Of a stretch of DNA of 64,000 nt, positions 45,103 to 58,700 are shown piece after piece; position 1 is the first letter of the stretch, and every line of letters starts with the position of its first letter. Below the pieces are notes generated by a model. The model saw only the letters and a program-made list of their open reading frames with translations. It did no database searches and was not told the DNA's origin. The translations under genes were made by a program, and so were the position numbers. This DNA is from Strigamia acuminata (lineage: Eukaryota): contig OX442314.1 of NCBI GenBank assembly GCA_949358305.1, forward strand, positions 14,942,001 to 15,006,000. Reading direction: 5' to 3'.

Positions 45103-48100
45103 GTTTATTATGTTGTGACGATTGCCACATCAGGGTGTCATTAATGACGTAATGTCTGAGGTCATTTTGCTCATCGTACGTTCAGTTTCACTTCCAGATG
45201 TTTTACTTCTACCACAGAGCGGAAACTTAAATGTACAGTGACCCCCATAAATTTGTGTGTTTTTAGACATTTAAAGCCCTCAAAGTCACACTTCGTCAGA
45301 TTTATTCACAGTTAAAAGTGGGAAACCCTATAGCTGGTTGGCTGAACTGAAATTACTCATGACACAAACTGATACGTGCTGCTACCTTTTGTTAATTTCC
45401 AAAACAACTGAAAATCGTCTTGATTTTATTGGCGTACCCGCTTAAAAGCCAAAATACTTGTGAAAACATCAAGATTCAAAAAATATTAAAAGTAATAAAT
45501 TTTCTTATTAAATAAATTAATTCGATGTCTGTGACTGTTGAGATAAAAAAAAAATTTATCACAGTCACTACAAATTAATTTTTAAAGCAAACACGAAACA
45601 TCAATGCACAGAGATGTTTGGCATGATATTACAACTGTGTAAAATGGTCTAAAAACCTTTTATTCACAAAAATGGTACAATTATATAGTTGGCGATAGCG
45701 TAACGAATACGCTAAAAACGATTGTTTAGCGGCGCTGCAGCATACGAACAGTTATAATTTTTAATACACTTTATTAATACATCAAAATTAACGTTCTTTT
45801 CCAGCCAAAACTAGGATAAAAGCAGGATCAAACCAGGATAAAAAAATCAATAAAAACACGTCTAATAAAAACAACACTTTGCACTTTTATTGCTTTCTTT
45901 TCTCCTTCACCAACATGCAATTAACAAACAAATTACAAGCCAAACGGACAGAGAGTTACCAATTATCTGCTAATAGCGTTGTTTTTTTAAAATTTTTTTT
46001 TCTGCTTATCAAACCTTTTTTGTGCTTATTTTACAAATTTACTCGTACTGAGTAGATGCAATATTCTTGCTAAAAGAGTTTGGCGAAGCTTGATTTCCCA
46101 GAGGCTCACCAATTTTAGAGCAAGCCTCTCGCATTACTCCTCATTACGCGATGCAAATTTGTAGATTCTCTCTCACTCTCTTTCTCCAAGAATTTTCTCA
46201 GCCACAGATTTACGAACTGTCCGATGAAAAAAAAGAAAATCTAAATCACGCAACTACAAAGGATCTCTTTTCTTTTCTGTCAGAGATGATGATGAACAGC
46301 ATCTCAGCTATTAAGATGTATAATCTAATTTTCAAAATTTCAGACTGATTCTTTTTTTTTTTCAAAGTAGAAATTCAAACGACATTGAATAGAAATGTCA
46401 AGTTTTATTACATCGACTATGTAACCTTTTTTTTCCCCAGTAAATGCAATTTTTCTTTTCAATCTTAATAAACGTTGCCATCAACTCGTCCAAAAGATAA
46501 AACTGTGTTCCACATCAATTGCCATTACTTTTCATTTCATTCGGCTTTTTTTTTTTTATTCTTCCTTACTCATTCGTTTCCTCAGTTTCAGTTGTAATAG
46601 AGAGTAAAATCTAATTAAAAATAGTGGTTTTGTTTTAGTAATAAGTTTGCACAGTTGGATTTACCCAGAAGCTGTAAGATGCAGTGAAACGAATGGGATT
46701 GATGAAATACGGTTTGTTTTACATTTTATTTCACTTCCTGCGCTGTTATTTTATTTTTTATTTTTGGCTGTGTTCAAATTCATTAACAAACTGAACAGCG
46801 GCGTAAGATGAAACGTGGCAATTATAGAATTATTTCAAATCACGTACACGAAATTTTTTCCACCCTGTGTAAAAACAACTCGGAAGTTCGTTAGGAGTTT
46901 TCTTCGTTTCCATCCGGAGGGTGTTATATTAGATACAAAAAAAGTTGCAGTTGCAATGAAGCTGCGCCACTTGTCAAGGCGACTACGAATTTATTGTACT
47001 TTAATACAAGTCTCCACAGAACGCACTGAGCATGTACTAATATTGCTCAGTTCTATTATTAAAATTCCTCTGTCTTCACGTAATGCAGATATAAAAAGAA
47101 TAAAATGTTTGAAAAAAAAGTTATTTGTTCGTTCGTAATAAGAGGCAAGAGCACGAGAAGGACGTGCACATTAGAATGGGAAAAATTTATGTTTCATTAA
47201 GATACAAATGAGAAGTGCTTCTCAACAGCTATTTCTCCTGAAATTTGTTTAATGGCGTCTGTACAAAAAGGACAAAAACATTCTTTCCACCCACTCATAA
47301 AAAAGAGATGTATGTACAAAGTCTTACAGTTAAAAGAAAGGGCTGAAAAAAATTCGTTGATTAAACTTTTAAAACCGTAGATCAATAAAATAAGCAGACA
47401 GACATGTAAATAGTTTTGCAGGGGAAAATTCTTCCCAAATTAAAACCAAATATTTTTATTTGTAAATTGGTATGATTTAAAGTTTACGTTTGTTTGGTTA
47501 TTATACCAATATGCTTCTCTCCTATTTTACCTCGTGCACTTATGCAGCATTGCTGTAAAGTAAATTGCTTTAAGTCAATTTTCATGCTCAAATTCATTTA
47601 CCATGTAGGTTGTAGACACTACAAATTACATAGAAGCAGAAGTTGCAACACACCAGGGATTTGAGTATCGTTCTAACTAATTAATTTTAATCATATTATT
47701 AAACCGTATCTGTGACATGTTTATGACGACAAGTTTCTTATTCCTACGGTAGGATCGATCGACATACATTAATTGAGGTATCATCCTATTTGAAAATAAT
47801 TTTAATCTGATTCTATATTCACAATGCATAAAATGTGTCAGCGACTAATGGGACTGGAGTACCGGTATTCAAAATGGTGGGTTTGAGGGCACTGCATAAA
47901 GAAAATACGGGGTATGTGTAGTCAGCTATTTAAATTTAGATGAATGTATTTATAAACACGTCTGAAAGGTTATACCAAAACAAATTGCAGTCTCAGTAAT
48001 AATTGAATAGCTTAACATCTCCAAAGTGTAAAGACTCACAAACACATTAGAACATTTTAAAGAATATGTTTTGATACATGCAAAATTAATAGTTTTATAT

Positions 48101-49735
48101 CTAAAAAGTTTTCTTTTCACTTGGTAAATAAAAAAAACCTACCGCGTACAGTCTTTTTTTAAAAACAAAAGAAAAAAAAAAGATATTAAAATTTAATTTC
48201 ATTAATACATTTATCGCAGCAGAAGTTCCATAACTAAAAAAATAAAATAAAACTAAATAAAACAAACCTTGATAATTTAGTATTTTATTATTAGATACTT
48301 TGTTTACCGAAAATGTATGTTTTAAAAATCCTTTCAATGGGTTAATGACATTCTTTTTTTTTTTACTTCTCGAATCGTTCTGACTATTTTTAAACCGGGT
48401 TGTTACGGGTCTTGTTTGAGTGTCTGCTGCAGAGAGAGATAATTATTTCTTCTTTTTTTTGCAAAGAAACTTTTTCAAGTTGTACAGAAGAAGGTAAAAT
48501 TTGCAGCTAATATTACCTCTGACATAATCCAGAACGCATGTAACTTATTTCCAAGATGCAAATTTCCCCCGCTGCGCTTCACTCTCCATATGATGGCACT
48601 TTGTGACATGTCTTCTTTAATACAATGTCACTCTGTCACGTTTGAAGCTGAGTGATGGAAGTGGAAAAAAGGTTTGAATGCTTTTGTCACTCCGAAATGA
48701 GAGAATTATCCGATGACTGATGCAGCCAGTTTCTTAGCCTTTACTACACGCACATGGTGAACATTAGATTGGCTCATTCGTTTCCTCATAGCCCATGATA
48801 TTGTCTGTGCAGCCGAGAATGCGGCAGATATTGTCCATCGAATAGGTGCACACTTGGGGCCCATACGATGCACTTTTATGTGGCTGCGTCTGCTTTTGGA
48901 CGCTTCATATCGTTGTCGAGTGGTGCTCGTACTGAATCTGAGAATTTTTCTTATCTCGGCTAGTGACTAGATTTCGTGTGTTCAAAATCTCTCATTCAGG
49001 GATTAGGGAATTGCGAAAGTGCGTGTGTTACCATATGGTAGTTATAAACTGTCCCGAGAGAGGATTTTGGTTTAAAGGTCCCCCATCAGAGTCGTATTAT
49101 GAAATTTCAAAGCTGAAAAGTTTGTGGTTTCCCCAGTTTAACGTCAAAATTGCTCTTATCAAAAGTTTTGATGCCCATTTTGTGCCGTATTGTAAACAAA
49201 CTCTATTGCCTAAACACGAATAAAGTTAAGAATTTAATCAAACAAATTGCATTACAAGTTTTAGTAGCTGCAACATCTTTTTTCTTCTTTCTTTTTGTCG
49301 CTTCTTTTTTGTTGTTGTTGCTACAAAGACTCCAGTTTAATTAAAAAATCGATTTTTCTGATTAAAAACATTGATCCGACTGTAAACTTTTCCCCCCCTT
49401 ATAGTTTATTACACCAATAAAATCTAAACCCCGTCCGTTTTTTAGTACCGCAGTATAAAATCTGCCCAATTTCACTTTCAAATTAGGCGCCAATTTCAAT
49501 ACACGACGGTAGATTGCGCGCGCATCTCTTCATTACATCACGAAATACTCTCGTGCCGAGAAGAATACCAGTGGGCTTTATAAGCAGAGTTTTGTGTGTG
49601 GCCGTAGCCATTCATTCCAACCAAGGAACACAAGCAGTATATTTATTTAAATATAAATTGATCCAACACTTCTACTTACATTTGCCGTCGGAATAATTGG
49701 TGTCCAGGCTAAGCATTCTGTTGTGAGTCAGCGTC

Positions 49736-52700
49736 ATGGCGAACTACGACGGTCATCCTGCTAAGAGACAAAGAACAGACGGCGATTCTTCGGGACAAAG
49801 GGTATGTGTTTGTATAAATCAATACTGATCTGTTAATTGATGTTGCGTATAGTCTAAAACCGATGATTTCCGATTAATAGGGGATATAGTTTTTACATGA
49901 TTGCGAAGCGGTGTGCTCCCCTTAAAAAGAGCGTGTTTTGGCATCCAGTCTGTTGGGGTTAAACAATTGATGTTAGCGGGTTACAGCGGATCTTGGCTTT
50001 ACGTCTGCTCTAATCGTGCGGATTTGAAATTTGTACCTCGTGGACAGATGTATGTAAATAATAAGGGAAACATTACATTACCGACTCGACGTAGCTGCGG
50101 GGATGGGTGTGCTTGCTGCTTGCACAAATTATGAATGGGGATGAAATGTTACTTGGCCAATAACAAGTGATTGGTCTTCATTTGGTTTGAAATGACAAAT
50201 TCCACGAAAAGGAATGTGAAATATTCGATGATTTAATCTGTTGCAATTTTTTTTTAAAAATTTTATTTTATTATTATAAAAATAAAAATCTTTGGCAAAT
50301 ATTTGATTAGAAAATAGCGAAGTTTGAAGTAGTATAAATTGAAAAAGGACATTCGTATTTTAAATGTGTTCCAACAGTAAAGTGTAATCTAAATTTTAAA
50401 ATGCAGAAAATTATTTTATCGTGTATATTTATTTTTTAAATTTTTTTTTAAAAATATGTATCAATTTATATTTTATTTTATTTTAATAGACTGGCCAACC
50501 AACTTTCTACAATTATTCAACAAATCAACGGGCATCCAGAGGGTAAGATATGAATTTAATATGAAAAGACATAAAATTTTCTACATTTTGTTTCGGAAAT
50601 TAAGAAATTGTAATTTTGTATGGAAAAATTGTGCTGCGGGTATTGCGAATCCCAACTTTAACTTATTAGTTGTTCGTGTGGTCAAATCTTTACCAAAACA
50701 ACAAATGGAGAATTTCGTAATTAAAATACAGTTATGGGTTTAGCTGCTTTAGCAAGACGTGTGATTAGTGGCCGAAATTGTTGCTCATTGGGTTTTTTTT
50801 TGAATATTTAATTTTGTTTTGGAGAAAAATTTCTTAATTTCATTGTTTAATGGTATCAGCAGAGATCCAATATTGTACGACATCATTACATGTTTAATGG
50901 CACTTTTTGTGGGTCATTATTCATTAGATCTTGGATTGCAGTCTAGAATTTATGGCTAAAAATTGCGCTGTGAAATCTAATGAACGTGAAATAATTTTCA
51001 ATTTTTCGGGGGTTAATTACTTGTCAGTTTCCACAGAAAATTAGCAAATTATTCCGAGTGTCGAGAGGAAAGTAATTACGCTGAAAAATAAATTTAATTC
51101 GTGTGAAAAAAATAATTTGCACTAAGAATGTAAAGCCAAATGTTAAAAGATATTAATTATTTTTAAAGGTAAAAATCTGGTTTTGGCTTGCACGTGGTTT
51201 TAACCAATGGAATTAAAAGATTGGAGACTCCGAAATTGAGTCAGGGACTTAGCAATTCTCTTAAACGAATTTTGTATTTCTTTTTTTGGAGAAAGGGGAA
51301 AATTGGTACGCACGAATAATCATTCAAGGTCGCTCAAATAAGATGAAAATGTACGTCATTGAAGTGGGAGTTGGTTTTGGACCTGCAACTGAGTATCCGT
51401 CAAGGTATTGCGGCGTTTTTCGTGCATTATCAGTTGCAAAAACTTGAGATTATTTTTTTTTAAAGAAGAAATAACTGAATTGAAAGGGCAAAATTTAAAA
51501 CCGACCATGCGTGTTTGTTTGCGACACTTGGAATTCAAAATTTTTCATTTTTTGAAAACGGTCAAAAATTAAGCAAACTCGTGCAGAAAATTCGGTTTTA
51601 TTTTTGTTTAGTCTTCGCTTAAAAAAAACAACTAACGTTTGTCATTTCATATGAAATACATTAAAACAAAGTAAACTTAATTTTAAAAAATGTAAAATAT
51701 ATATTTTTTGTGAAGATTAAAAATAAAATGTAAAGTAAATTACGACTAGTCGAGCTTTTCCAATAGCTATGCATTTTTAAGTCTTAGATTTGTGGTATTC
51801 AACAAATCAGAAAATGTTAATTTGAAGATTTCCTAGTCGATCTATTCGACCACTCCAGTTACGGTTTCTGTTTCTGCTGTTTTTGGTCATTTTTTGTGGA
51901 GAAAAGCAGCACAAACTGTGTCGTTTATGATGCTTGAACGAGAGAATAAAACCGAATACGATTTGCTGGTGTGTGGTGTAAAAAAAGGAGAGGAGTCAAA
52001 GGGCATTTTATTTCAGGATGAGCAAGCAAAGCAATGAGCCTCCCTTTCTAATCAGTTGGGGTCCTTGTACGTTGTTATGATGTTATTCTATGTATATCCA
52101 CTACGTTTATTCGGTTCTTGCAGGAATTGTATTTTATAAAAAGCTATTTTAATCGTCTGTAGAGCAGAAGATTACAATACCTTGCTCACTTGTGCCCACC
52201 AATTCAATGGATTCCATTTTTATTTCACTCGAATGACCTTCAATGATTGTTCCTGGCAAGGAGAGATATATTTTTTTTACGTTCTTGTTTGTCCGAATAC
52301 TGAAGCAAAAAAAGTGGAATTTGGTTTATCTGAATTACTAATTTGGTGACCAAATTACATGTCGCGTGATGAGAAATTGAGTTGTTGATAATAATCACGA
52401 AAGAAACATTTATGTTTTGACTGTCGACCGTTCACGTTTTTATTCATTCTGACATGAAATTACAATATTGTAGTTAACAAAATTCATTATTAAATTCTTG
52501 TCATGTTTTAAATGAAAAATTAATTATTTTTTAATTTAAAAATGCCTTAGCGACAATTAAATTCAATTTATTCATCAGAATTTAGTTGGAACCAATTTCG
52601 ATGTCAATTACCTCGCAAACCATCTGCTATTTTTTGTTTCGCAGAAAGTTGATGGGGAAAAGTCTCATTATTGTGTCAAAAAGTGTATAGCTGCGTCATA

Positions 52701-55700
52701 ATCAGTATTGATTGGTAGGCATAGGTTGCAACTTAATTAGGGCTGTATTATGGACCCCGTCCTTCCCTCCTCTTATTATTCTACAATCTACATCTTCGGC
52801 TATGGGCTTTGGATGGATATTGACAAATGAATCAATAGCTTCGGTAACCGTGCACTCGGCCAGAAAATTCGAAATATGAGTGAACAAGAAAATTTGAACG
52901 AACTTGTTGATTCGACAATTCCTTTGAATTTTTCGATTGTGAAAACAAATCGAGGCATTGGAATTTGTCGGTTATTAATTTTTTTATAAGCAAATGCCAA
53001 ACGGAATTCGTTTGCCAACCACAGAACTCGCATAACTCGGGTGGGCGATGGAAATTGATTTTAATTCGTTTTTAAATAATTGTGTATGCATGGGAAGGAT
53101 TTGGTCGTAGATAACTGCTGCTAAATTGAATTTGTTAGCAATATTTGGTATTTTTTTTTATTACTGAAATGGTAGGGGAGGAAAATACATTTTTTTTAGG
53201 AGTGGGGAAATTATTTATTTTGTTGTGTGCTGGGTGTGAGCTGAAGAGTGAATCCAATCTAGGGAGAATTCAGTGGCAGTTCTCATTCGCTTAACTTGGA
53301 TTGAAATGGTGCAGAAAGATAATAACCGCGTTCTGTGCGTATGTATGTTAGTGAAAAGTGAAGGGTCTTTTCAAAAGATGCAGCCAAGTAAATTGTAATT
53401 TTTTTTTTTTGTAAATTGGTAAACTGAAAAAAAAATGTTTATAAATATATTTTTTAGAAGATAGACTCTTTCAACATTTCACCTTTAAAAGGTAAAAGTT
53501 AAAATAAAATTTGGAATTGAAAAATAAAAGTTAAAATGTAATTGCATCGCTAACTCTATTTGAGAATTCGAGAATTGTTTTTTTGTGGATGTAATTCCAC
53601 AAAACCATAGAAATTGGGGCATTAAGTTAAGCCAAATTGATGGCGCAAGTGCAGAGTGTGCGGATTTAATTATGTGTGGCGGGCTTGACCCAAGGCTGTT
53701 TATCTTTTTAAGATAAAATGGTGGAATTTAAGTAACTGCATCTGAAATGACGGATGAATCAGTCTGCTTTAGTTTGCGACAAAACGTGTACAAGTTCTTT
53801 TTGTAGGTACACAAGTAAAATTTGTTTAAAAGTTTGTCTAAATCAGGCATTTAGATTGGCTTACATTTGGTAAATCAGTCTAAATGACTTTTCGAATGCA
53901 GCTAGTGTCTAAATAACAAGATAACGGTTTGCATTTGAAAACAACTGAAATTGCGTATGTAAATTTAAACCAACAAAAGCTAAGTCATGAAAATTGCAAT
54001 TTATTTAATTCCTAAATATATTATTGGGAGATAAATTGGTGAAAAATTTGCAACTTTATAAGTTTAATCATTTTTACCTGTTTTTGAGTGCACTTTAAGT
54101 ACAGTTTGCTGCAAACTGTCATCATTAGGAAAATTAGATGTTAAAGATGGTAAATAATGACACCTGAGAGGTTTGAGCCTCTACTAAAGATATCGAGTTG
54201 ATAATGCGCTACAGTTAACGCTTCTTACTTATTAAAAAAGAAAAATAACATTTAAATGCCACTCTAACGCTAATTTTCCTCTAATTTTCTGTATTTATTA
54301 AATATTCATCTTTAACTGAGGTAATAATAACAATATAAAAAAATGGGAAAAAATTGCGTACATATAAATGCACTTTCTACGGTTTGGAATTGGTGCAAAA
54401 CATTCAAATGTACTTTGATTGCATTTGCACGAAAATCTTATTTAGACATCCATGAATTTTTAATACCTTTATCTGCAAGCACTTTAGTTTGATGGTTTTT
54501 TTGTTTGTGTATTTTTTCAGCTGATGTAATGGCGCTTTAGTGAGCGCAGTTGAATGAGATGTTTTGCATCGCCATTAAAAATCACGCTCTTGTTTTTGTT
54601 GATAGCAACAATAAATTAACTGAGAGGATTTAATTTTAATCATGTCTTTTAATTAGACGGTAATAGCTTGGCGGATACTCGTTCTGAAGGGTATTTCCTC
54701 CACTAAACTTTGAGTGTACATTTGGCTTGAGATCAAAAATGTTCAAGTGGGGTCGTTTTTAATTTACACCATGCTTCTTAAGCACCTTTAACATGGCTTA
54801 TTTGTTGTGTTATGATTTTGTGGTATGGTATGTTGTTTCATAACTTCCTCCCCTCTTTATTAAATTAATGTATCATTATTTTGAAAAAAATTAAGGATGG
54901 GGATTAAATTTAGAAAATGTCTTTTTTTTCGTATTTCACTTTTTTTTTGTAAACAAATAAATAAATAATTTATAAGTTGGGCATTTGTTGGAAGTGAAGT
55001 CAAAAGGTTTGAGTTGTTTTTAAAATATGTCAAAAAATAACATATTTTATGAGGTTTGGCGTAATTAACGGCTAGAAACAGAAATCTCGTCTGGTTTTGA
55101 CATCTTATTTTGGCAAAATGGTAGGTTGGTTGGCGGGATTAAATTGTACGATTTCATTTTGTTTGTTGATGTTTTTTGCAAGCTATTTGGAAACAGAAAC
55201 GATTGTAGTACGTTTTGCTTTTGCATTATTTATGATTCTTTGGTTTTGTCGATTGTTCAAAGTGTGTATCGGTTAAATTTTTAGAGAGTTTTGTTTTTGA
55301 TCGGAGATAAATTCATTTGTTTTTGGCCCGAAACCATAAAACAATCCTATTTTTGAATTGAGTCGATTCACCTTGTATAAATATTGTAGAGTGAGAAATA
55401 CTTGTGTGATAAATTAGGTTGAATACGGGGATTTAATGCTGTGTATAACTGCAAGGCCTTTTAGAATTTAATGGTATATAAAATAATATAAAAGTCGTAC
55501 GTGCAATTTTATAAAGTCAAGTAAAAGGCTACTGGCTGGTTTTCTGGAGTATGTGGGGGATTTGCAGAAAATAAAATGCCACTGTCTTAGGTAACAACTG
55601 AACTAATTTATTCTATGGTGTAAAGGATGTGGCTATAAAAGGGTCACCGTATTCTGTCCAATGGTAGTTTAATTTTAGACAAAAAAAGACATAAAAGAGG

Positions 55701-58700
55701 GTTTACAACTTGGACATGAGGACAAGATGCAACCAATAAAAAAAGGGTGAAAATCTTAAATAATTTCAACAAATTTTATCCCAAATTTTATAATAATAAA
55801 GTAAAAAGAGACTGTTAGTAGTTTTGTAAATAAAATGCAAATTTAATTGGGATACACGTTAAGAGTTGACATTTGAGCATGCAGAAGCTTTCATGTGTAC
55901 ATATTTTAAAGCTTTTCATAGAGCAGATTTGGACATGGAGTCGGTTTGACATTTTAATGTTGTTTATTCTTTAATTTGTCGTCTTTGGCTGATGCCAAAC
56001 AAACAAATAATGTTCCGTTTTAATTAGTTGAGAATTTAGTTTTGTATTGTGTGAAATTACGATTTCTTGATACCTACTCTACAATCCAATTTGTGATAAT
56101 TAGTCTGTAATGCCGCGTTAATCTAATGTTGATGATTAATCAAAAAATCCACAACAAATTGCAAGCTGCAATTCCCACCACTGTACAAATAATGAAAGGG
56201 AAAAAAATCAATCAACCTTGGGCTCTTTGACACGTCTAAATATTAAACAACTACTCGTAGCTGTTCCTAACTGAAGCCTAATCCAAAATGCTGGTCGAGT
56301 TCTTAGTGGTTGGTGGAAGAACGAAATGAAGAAATATAAACACAATAAAAACTTGCAAGTTTAAAACAGTCTATTTTTTTTTATTATTGAATTTTTGGAA
56401 ACGAAGAAAGAAGAAAAAAAACTGGCATTGACATTTTGTGGCACGGTAAATTCCCCTGTCAGCAGAAATTTTGAACCAGGGCAAATTTCCCTGTCGGCAG
56501 ACATTTTTTAGCCATTTCTTACCGATAGACACTTCGTTTATAGCATACAAAATAGGAATATAATCCTAGAGTTGCATATTTATCATTACTCAACACGATT
56601 CTTAGACTCCAAAGTAGCAAATTTAAGCTAATGAAGTCTAATTATGTGGATTTAAACTTTTGAATACATAATTTACGATTTACTTCCGATAGCGAGCCTC
56701 ATTTTTATACATAATTAAAAAAGGAAGCGAATTGTTGCACCGTGTTCATGGAATAAAAGTGTGACGTGATGAAAAATTGAAGGTTTATTCCTTCCAAACA
56801 AGTTAATAATAGGCGAGTCAAACATCCATATTAGATGTGTTTGGTGATTACACCCTTTTATTTTGGGCGACACATGCGAGTGTGGAGTTTTATTGGTGCC
56901 AAGAAATGACCTTAGTTTTGTAGGGAGGTTGAATTAAGGAGCAATGGTAATGGGATTAATTCAAGTTTGTACGCCTTGTCGACTTTTATTTGGTTGATAA
57001 TAGAATGATGGGGAGCGAGAGGCATTTTTATAGATATAGTTTGATTGGTTGTTGTTGTTGGCTCGGCACGAAGTTATGGAGTTGGTTATGAGGGAACGTA
57101 GTGAGAGAAGGTAATGTCGTGTCGTGTTTGTCTGTCGGTTTGTGAATTTGTAAAAGGTTGGATGTTGATAAATTTAAAGTCTCACTTGTGACAAAGTTGG
57201 CAACTAGTCAAAACACAAATCTCTTGAATGACACATTTGCCTGCATGCGAGCAGCAAATACTGTGCGCAATTTGTTGCAATTGGAGCACTCGCTGCAGTT
57301 TAGAATATTGCAAAAATGTGGGCAGGGGAGAAAAAAATTGCTTTGTATCGACTTTTTTTCTCTTGTTTTGAGAAATGAGATCCACAGAGAGATAACGGGT
57401 GGGCTGAGTCGGTTTAAACTGATGCTAAGGCGCTATTGATGTGAATTTGTGATGCATTTTCTAGATTGATGCAACAGTTATTGATTTTCAGCTGCGAGTT
57501 AGTGAATTATTGCCAATATAAAATGACAATGCAAAAATAGTTGTCGTAACTTTTATTTTATTGCGCATTTATTGCGTTTTCAACGATAAAATTAATTTAT
57601 TTCTCTTTATTTTTCATTGCAGGAATAGTGATGAAGAAAAAGCCAACCACATTCTACTCATGACTGTTTTAAATCCAGCCTATCCCATCACAGTGGTGAG
57701 TGTGAGTGGCATTCATCCACGAGACCATGAGGACCCATTCTTGTGTTGTTGTTTTTTTTCTTGATATTACCGCTGATGGTTGCACTATAAAGTGCGTTAT
57801 TTATACACAGTCTGCCACTGTTTTTTCCCTCTTGGCCAAGCGTCTTGAAAAAGTATTTTTCAAGTCTGCTAATTTGCAGATAGGCATGTTTATTTGCGTT
57901 ATATCTTGTTTTGTGGCATGCAAAAGTATGTATATAATGTAGGTAGTGACGTACACGCACATTTGTGAAGAAAGATAAGCTCGTGTCATTATCTGTTTGT
58001 TTATTTTGCGCACCCAAGTCTTATCTCGACTCTCAGTTATATCCCGAACAGTGAGCTTAAAATGGCAAACTGCTGGTTTAAGCGCCGTGAAAATTATAAG
58101 ATACTACAATGATTTTGTTATCACTGGGTCTCGAGTTTTGGGAAACACGAGGGATGAGAGTTATTGACCTGCTTAAGTCGGAGGAAGTTGAAAGTTAAAT
58201 ATTTCTATAAAAAATAAATATCTATTGGTGTGTGCGTATTTATATAAAGTGAACAGTTTGATGGATTAAGTTTTCGAATTTAAGACCGAGAATATGTTTG
58301 CTGTCAGTAAATACGTGAGAGATTTATGAAGAAACAGCAAGCTGTGAAATTTCGTGGCGCATTATTCATGTATTTTTCTTTATCACATTATAACAATATT
58401 TTACTTGTCATTGTACGAGGGAGATTTTTTATAAAGCGTTTATTTATATGAAGGGGGTGTACCGGTATGTGAATTGCGCAGTTTGCGTAATATAGACTTT
58501 TGTTGTTTCATGTGTTTGCATTTATATTTATATCTTAGCAGTTCTGTAAATGTGGCGTTTTATTTTCTTTTTAGGATGTTATTCATACAATATGCAGTCC
58601 AAGTGGCCAAGTTCTCAGGGTAGTTATCTTCAAGAAGAACGGCGTCCAAGCGATGGTCGAATATCCTTTACATTAAATTTTTTATTTTTTATTTTTAAAA

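Noticed and set aside
48700..48940. Possible minus-strand transcript with short ORFs divergent from hnRNP L
   Set aside because: Only an Inr-like TCAGT and unrecognised ORFs under 60 codons; insufficient support.
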